Source: an uncultured Actinomycetes bacterium (GTDB lineage Bacteria > Actinomycetota > Thermoleophilia > UBA2241). Taken from it: a DNA stretch of 64,000 nt. The position numbers were made by a program, and so were the translations under genes. This document shows positions 59,501 through 64,000 of the stretch, piece by piece (within the stretch, counting starts at the first letter, position 1; each line of letters opens with the position of its first letter). Below the pieces are notes generated by a model. The model saw only the letters and a list, made by a program, of their open reading frames with translations, searched no databases and had not been told where the DNA came from. Where the stretch lies: contig CAVWIH010000020.1 in the NCBI GenBank assembly GCA_963755025.1, positions 100,699 to 164,698 on the forward strand, given 5' to 3'.

Positions 59501-61330
59501 GTAGTGCACGAGCTCGCCGGCGGCGTCGAAGATGGGCTGCACGAACGCCTCGACCGGCAAGACGGCGCCGTCTTTGCGCACGTACTCCTTCTCGTAGCGC
59601 ACCGGACGGCGGTCGCGCACCGCCTTGGCCAGCAGGGCGGCCTCGGGCTTGCGCCACCGCTTCGGCGTGAGGTCGATCGCCCAGGTGATGGCCCTGCTCT
59701 CGAGCTCCTGCCGGCTGTAGCCGGTGAGGTCGGCGAACGCCTGGTTGAAGAAGAGCAGTCGGCCGTCGGGGGCGCCCACGCCGAACGGCGCGGCGGCGTC
59801 TTCGACCACCTCGGCCAAAAAGCGCTCGCGGCTCCTGCTGTCGTGCAGCTCCTCTTCGAGTCGCAGCTTGGAGATGGCGACGGCGAGCTGGTCGGCCAGC
59901 CGCTCCCAGAGCTCGATGTCTGCGGCGGCGAAACGGTCGGTACGGCGGTCGTTCAGCTGCAGCAACCCCAGCCGTTCGTCGCCGACCCGCAGGCCGACGA
60001 GGGCCACCGACTGGTAGCCCTCGCTCATGCAGCGGCCGCGCAGGGGGGCCTGGCGCGCGTTCTGGTCGATCGTCGCCAGGAGCGCGGCGGTGTCGTTGCA
60101 CCAGAAGCTGCCGCGCGCCGTGGTGTACGGCGCGGCGGGGTCGAGGCGGCCGCCGACCACGTCGCCGCACAGACATTCCAGGGTCGCATGGCCGGCTGCG
60201 TCGCGACACACCCGGCTCTCGTCGTCGAGGCCGGCGAGGCTGCGTTCGAGGGCGACGAACTCGGGCGAGAGGCCGCGCGTGATGACGTAGGGGTTGTCGT
60301 CGCCGTCGCGCAGGCGCAGCCCGACCGCCTCGCAACCCGAGTGGCGCTCGAAGAAGGCGATCGTCGCGTCGGCCAGCGCGCCCAGCGTCTCGCTTTCGTT
60401 CACGATATGCAAAAAGGCGATGGTCGTCTCGCGCTCGAGCTCGGCGCGCTTGCGCTCGGCGATCTCGCGATAGTAGACGCTGACGCCCACCGACGTCGGG
60501 TAGATGCGCACCTCGATCCAGTCGCCGCTGACCTGCGAGCGGTGGTCGGACACCGAGGGCTTGCCGAGCTCCATGGCGTCGCGGAAGCGCTCGCCCAACG
60601 GGTCGTCGGCGAGGTGCGGGAACAGCTCCCACAGGGTGCGGCCGAGCAGTTCGGGCAGCGATCGCTCGAGCATGCGCACGGCCATGCGGTTGGCGTGTAC
60701 GTAGCGATACTCCCAGTCCAGCGCTACGAAGGCCTCGTCGACCTCGTCGAGCAGGGCGCGCGTGCGCGCCTCGCGCTGCTCGAGCGCGGACGACGTGGTC
60801 GCGGGGTCGCCCCACACGCTGAGCTCGCCCAGGCCGCTGTCGAGCGCGGCCGCCACGGGACGCGCCGCCGTTTTGCGCTTCATGCGCACCTCGAGCCCAC
60901 CGTCGACGCTCAGGTCGAGCGAGTCCATGAGGGCGGCGATGATGAACAGCCCGCGGCCGTGGTCTTTGCCCGGGTCGGGCACGCGCTCCGGCCGAAAGCT
61001 CGTCACGTCGAAGCCCACGCCGCGGTCCTTGACCAGCGCCACCAGGCAGCCGTCGTCGAACTCGAGGGCGATTTCGATGTCGGTGTCGACGCCGCTGTGG
61101 CGGATGGCGTTGGTGGCCGCCTCCTCGACGCACAGCACGAGGTCGTCGATCAGGTCGCGCTCGGCGCTGTACTGGCGCAGGTAGTCGCGAATGCGCTCGC
61201 GGGCGCGCCGCAGGTGCGACGGCTCGGGGGGAACGCGAAAGCGCAGGCGCGGCGGAGCCGCGTGGGTCCTTACATCGCTATTCGGCAACTGACTCCCAGC
61301 ACGTGCGTCGCCCGGTGGAGTGTCGTCCAT
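56531..61330 (-). CDS. RsbW-like HATPase - PAS - GAF - PAS - coil - 4xGAF - SpoIIE(PP2C) protein
   Basis: EAATNAIRH/DRGVGFD/GRGL at the N-terminus; PAS and GAF signatures; GGDFSD/GDVAGKG/AGHPAP/YTDGVTEAR/DD at the C-terminus. Confidence 0.88.
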   Translation of the reverse strand: MDDTPPGDARAGSQLPNSDVRTHAAPPRLRFRVPPEPSHLRRARERIRDYLRQYSAERDLIDDLVLCVEEAATNAIRHSGVDTDIEIALEFDDGCLVALVKDRGVGFDVTSFRPERVPDPGKDHGRGLFIIAALMDSLDLSVDGGLEVRMKRKTAARPVAAALDSGLGELSVWGDPATTSSALEQREARTRALLDEVDEAFVALDWEYRYVHANRMAVRMLERSLPELLGRTLWELFPHLADDPLGERFRDAMELGKPSVSDHRSQVSGDWIEVRIYPTSVGVSVYYREIAERKRAELERETTIAFLHIVNESETLGALADATIAFFERHSGCEAVGLRLRDGDDNPYVITRGLSPEFVALERSLAGLDDESRVCRDAAGHATLECLCGDVVGGRLDPAAPYTTARGSFWCNDTAALLATIDQNARQAPLRGRCMSEGYQSVALVGLRVGDERLGLLQLNDRRTDRFAAADIELWERLADQLAVAISKLRLEEELHDSRSRERFLAEVVEDAAAPFGVGAPDGRLLFFNQAFADLTGYSRQELESRAITWAIDLTPKRWRKPEAALLAKAVRDRRPVRYEKEYVRKDGAVLPVEAFVQPIFDAAGELVHYRSFMTDISQRKRAQQERRSAELERERLLEDSQTQAEELQNQGEELRLQNEELRAQRDAIVRESELRAGLNAISAHLHSTLETDELLRLTLREATRVLSVDGAAIELREGDAWPVRHAHGLSDDAFGRPLIDQPLIARLVAGTGDVLVSDDAAHHADIGPAARRHGMRSLVAVPLLEREHAVGVLILFQRRGARRFEAAEVDFARRLGTTVGLAIENARLFTAALDAQREAALELRRTELLLEAATTLSSSADLDRMLQSLGDLLVRSTAHSRIVLELWDEARREVEVAVSRGAEAVPRQRFGFDQVSAATRQVITTHKRLIIDYSATALPDPMGDYLDEHGFRLLLAVPIVYRERLVGLIMVDEPGERRPFSPQELELIEGIAAQTGAAIENVRLFETELAAREAESQRVARLSVLKDVADSASSSLNVHTVAASVVGAVRRLLDARQVQIRLADAERTTLKIVASAGLPRGFLDKLGPIAADADVETAVCYRTGRPRLGEDVDELDVSAGSRRHARDGGVRSYALLPLLARGAAIGTFYVAWGQPRRFAAEELSFLEAVVAQTATGLENAQLYEAAQRAQEQVRHELDRTTLLQEVTTAATSSLSLPEIGERVLAIGTRALSAASGAIFVVDEAQEALRAIALAGYPDDIAAEIVVLPLAGGTSMAELVLRDLPQVTHDSELAGAASARRADRLSAARQRWFALPIRRGGVTLGAFGFTFDGVRPFADDELALYRSIAELLGAAFDNARVFDQQRRIALTLQENFIHESPVVRGLDLGVVSQPAYEPDRVGGDFSDLFQLDDTRVAVLIGDVAGKGVRAAGMTETVRSKIQAFASIDPSPAVVLARTNELLLRLDPDEPHVTAFFAVLDAATGHLSYASAGHPAPVHLGAYTCQPLPMRFGPPLGSFARPYENAHAMLTIEDYLVLYTDGVTEARRDGELLGERRLLEVAGALRGHSAQGVAEGVRDAALAFAGRLDDDLQVVVLRLA

Positions 61331-61469
61331 TGTAAGGACTCGGGCCGGGGGCGACGCCGTTGGCGTGTGGGCGACGCCTGGGGAGTGGGGGCGCTTCGCT
61401 CGACGAGGCGAGGCTCCTCGTATCTTCGGGTACCAGTGAAGGACGATCCATCGCGAAAAGAAGGCATTC

Positions 61470-61859
61470 ATGAGCGTTGACACGGACACCCGGGCGCTCC
61501 TCGCACGGCACTGGCAGGCGTCCGAGGAAGGCGACGCCGAGGCGGAACACGCGATCTACGCGCCCGACGCGGTCCTTGACTACCCGCAGTCCGGCGAACG
61601 TTTTCGCGGCCGCGACACCATCAGGCGGCAGCGCGGCGGACACCCGGCCGAGCGGCACTTCGAGGTGCGGCGCCTGATGGGCGCGGGAGACCTGTGGCTG
61701 AGCGAGTGCGTGATCACCTACGACGGCGCGCCGACCTTCAGCGTCAGCATCATGGAGTTCGCCGACGGGCTGGTCACGCACGAGACGCAGTACTTCGCCG
61801 ACCCGTTCGCCCCGGCGCCGTGGCGGGCCGCCATGGCCGAGCGCATGCCGGACCGGTGA
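61470..61859 (+). CDS. SnoaL/NTF2-like protein
   Basis: EHAIYAPDAVLDYPQSGERFRGR...SVSIMEF...ETQYFADPF. Confidence 0.85.
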   Translation: MSVDTDTRALLARHWQASEEGDAEAEHAIYAPDAVLDYPQSGERFRGRDTIRRQRGGHPAERHFEVRRLMGAGDLWLSECVITYDGAPTFSVSIMEFADGLVTHETQYFADPFAPAPWRAAMAERMPDR

Positions 61860-61871
61860 GTGGGGGTTCCT

Positions 61872-61949
61872 TGGCGCGCCAGGAGGGATTCGAACCCCCG
61901 ACCTTCGGTTCCGTAGACCGACGCTCTAATCCAGCTGAGCTACTGGCGC
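61872..61949 (-). tRNA. tRNA-Arg(ACG)
   Basis: GCGCCAGTAGCTCAG...TCGGT-CTACGGA-ACCGA...GGTTCGAATCC...GCGCGCCA. Confidence 0.96.
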
Positions 61950-62008
61950 ACAGGGAGTGGAAGTATACCGCAAAACGCCGCGCGTACGAGCCCGGTTCGG
62001 CGAGATGC

Positions 62009-62101
62009 TGGCGGAGAAGCCGGGATTCGAACCCGGGAACGAGCTAAACACCCGTTAACCGCTTAGCAGGCGGCTGCCTTCAGCCACTCGGCCACTTCTC
62101 C
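62009..62101 (-). tRNA. tRNA-Ser(GCT)
   Basis: GGAGAAGTGGCCGAG...GCCGC-CTGCTAA-GCGGT, long variable arm, CCA end. Confidence 0.96.
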
Positions 62102-62240
62102 GCGCGGGCGCTCACTATACCGCACTGCCCGGGCGCTCGAAAGCTTACGCGTACGAAGCGCGCGCGGCGCGAGCCCCCGCGTGAAGTCGCGGGCTCCTCA
62201 CTATAGGATTCGAAGCCGAACACCGAGAGGAGACCCCACC

Positions 62241-63604
62241 GTGGAGATCGCCGGTATCGCCCCCGAACTGCTCGCGCGCGTCGAGCGCGAGACGACCGAG
62301 TTGCTCAGCGCGCTGATCGCCATCGACACGAGCAACCCGCCCGGCAACGAAAGCGCGGTGGCGGCCTTTCTCGACGACTACTTTCGCGGTCACGGGCTGA
62401 CCGGCGAGATCTGCGGCGAACCGGCCGCGCGCCGCAGCTTCGTGGCTACGCTGCGCGGCGCGCGCCCCGGGCCGCGCCTCGTGCTCATGGCCCACGAAGA
62501 CGTGGTGCCGGCCGCGGCCGAGGAGTGGGCCGAACCGCCGTTCTCCGGCGTTGTCAAAGATGGTTACGTGTGGGGGCGCGGCGCGGTCGACGTGAAGAAC
62601 CTGCTGGCGGCGTTCTGCGTAGTCATGCGGCGCCTGGTCGACGAGGGCGTCGAGTTCGCCGGCGAGGTCGTCTTTGTGGCCGAGGCCGACGAAGAAGACG
62701 GCGCCATCGGCGGGGCGCGCTGGCTGTGCGCGCAGCGCCCCGACCTGGTGCGCTGCGACTACCTGCTGAACGAGGGCGGCGGGGAGTTCGTCACCATGCC
62801 CGACGACACGCGGCTCTACGAGATGCACGTGGGCGAAAAGGGTACGGCGCAGTTCCGCGTGATCGTGAGCGGCGAGTCGGGCCACGCCTCGGTGCCGCTG
62901 CGCCACGGCAACGCCGTGGTGGGCGCCGCCGACGTGGTGCGCGCCCTGCACGACTACGAGCCGCGCCCCAGCCTCGAGACCGTGCCTCCCGAGTACGTCG
63001 AGCTGCTGGTGGCCGACCCCGCGCTGCGCGCCGGGCTGCTGACGAGGGCACCGCGCGGGCCGCTCTGGCCGAGCTCGGCGAGCGCGACCGGCGCGCCGCC
63101 GACCTGCTGGCGCCGCTCTACGGCGTCACCTTCTCGCCGACGATCGTGCACTCCAGCGGCGAGCCGGTGAACGTCTACCCGGGGAGCGTCGTGGTGACGG
63201 TCGATTGCCGCATGCCGGTGGGCTGGAACGAGGAGCGCGTAGCCGCCGAGGTGGCGGCGGCGCTGGCCGGCGTCGAGGCGCGCTGGGAGCTGTCGTTCCT
63301 GGGCACCATCGAGGGCAACGCCTCGCCGGCCGACTCGCCGCTGCGCGAGGCCGTCACCGCGGTGATGGCGCGCCTGGTGCCGGGGTCGCAGATCGTGCCG
63401 ATCCACTCCGTCGGGTTTACCGACTCGAACTGGTTCCGGGCGGCGTTCCCGGGCGTCGTGGCCTACAACTTTGCGCCGTTTCTGGTTGACGACGGGGCGG
63501 CGGTCTCACCGCTGTTCCACAACGTCGACGAACGCATCACCGTGCGCGACCTCGCCTTTCAGTCGGTGTTCGCCTTCGAGCTCGTGAGAGAGCTGCTCGG
63601 CTAG
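62241..63604 (+). CDS. M20/M25/M40 family metallopeptidase (frameshift near 63040)
   Basis: DTSNPPGNE, AHEDVVPA, WGRGAVDVK, ADEE, NEGG, GHAS, GFTDS, HNVDERI. Confidence 0.88.
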
Positions 63605-63686
63605 GCACAGGGCCCGCGCGTCGGCCGGCCCCCGCTCACGCCGGGCCGGCGCGCCGCGTTCGGGCGCGCCGCGATCGGGGTGCGGC

Positions 63687-63964
63687 TCAGGCCAGGCTGG
63701 GTTCTTTGGCCGGGTCCGCGGCGGCCGGCGGGGCTGCGAGCGGGCCCAAGCCGTCGCGCGACATCGAGCACTTGTCGGCCGAGGCGCACCAGTCGGCGCA
63801 GGTGCGCGTGATGCGCGGATTGAACATGACGGCGCAGCAGCTCGCGCAGCGCCGGCGCTTGTCGTCTTTGAAGAACTCCACCGGGGCGCCGCACTCGCGG
63901 CAGGGCCATCGAAGATGTCGTCGGGCGTCCAGTTGATGAGATCGCGTCCGGGGCAACCGGCCAT
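63687..63964 (-). CDS. Small Cys-rich zinc-ribbon-like protein (frameshift near 63908)
   Basis: MAGCPGRDLINWTPDDIFD joined to PCRECGAPVEFFKDDKRRRCASC...NPRITRTCADWCASADKC; AAGGAGG RBS. Confidence 0.72.
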
Positions 63965-64000
63965 GGCGTCCTCCTTCTGCTCTGCCGCCGACATTAACCC

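Overview
GC-rich bacterial chromosomal window. The host is probably a deep-branching, likely anaerobic actinobacterium (Thermoleophilia/Coriobacteriia-like); this is inferred from GC content, the tadA/tRNA-Ser/ffs-dnaX-ybaB-recR backbone and GT-C enzymes, and is not proven. Scattered single-base frameshifts in otherwise intact genes look like long-read assembly errors. From left to right: (1) a large NAD(P)H-module HdrA, mvhD and metV (probable MTHFR electron-transfer module, running off the left edge); (2) small hypotheticals, a class-III aminotransferase, two LapA-like genes, an endonuclease III and a 51-aa Cys-rich protein; (3) a full polyphosphate locus (ppk2, ppx, CYTH-HTH-CHAD, sixA, ppk1) next to a P-type ATPase and a YHS protein; (4) recR-ybaB-dnaX with a cryptic 59-bp tandem repeat in the dnaX leader and a large Alu-domain SRP RNA; (5) acs plus an acetate-CoA ligase/GNAT fusion, with two LexA-like boxes upstream; (6) a ~12-kb envelope glycosylation block between tRNA-Val and two tRNA-Ser genes (Wzc, three GT-C enzymes, GH76, DedA, two beta-propellers); (7) tadA, an MBL hydrolase, MarR and two MFS paralogs; (8) two giant SpoIIE/PP2C signalling proteins, one led by CheB-CheR and one by an RsbW-like kinase, both with EELQ/EELR heptad coils; (9) tRNA-Arg, tRNA-Ser, an M20 peptidase and a Cys-rich protein. 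No CRISPR, rRNA, integrase or transposase was seen. The best candidates for an undescribed system are the CheBR/RsbW-PP2C pair, the GT-C/GH76 block, the HTH-bearing CHAD protein and the dnaX leader repeat.
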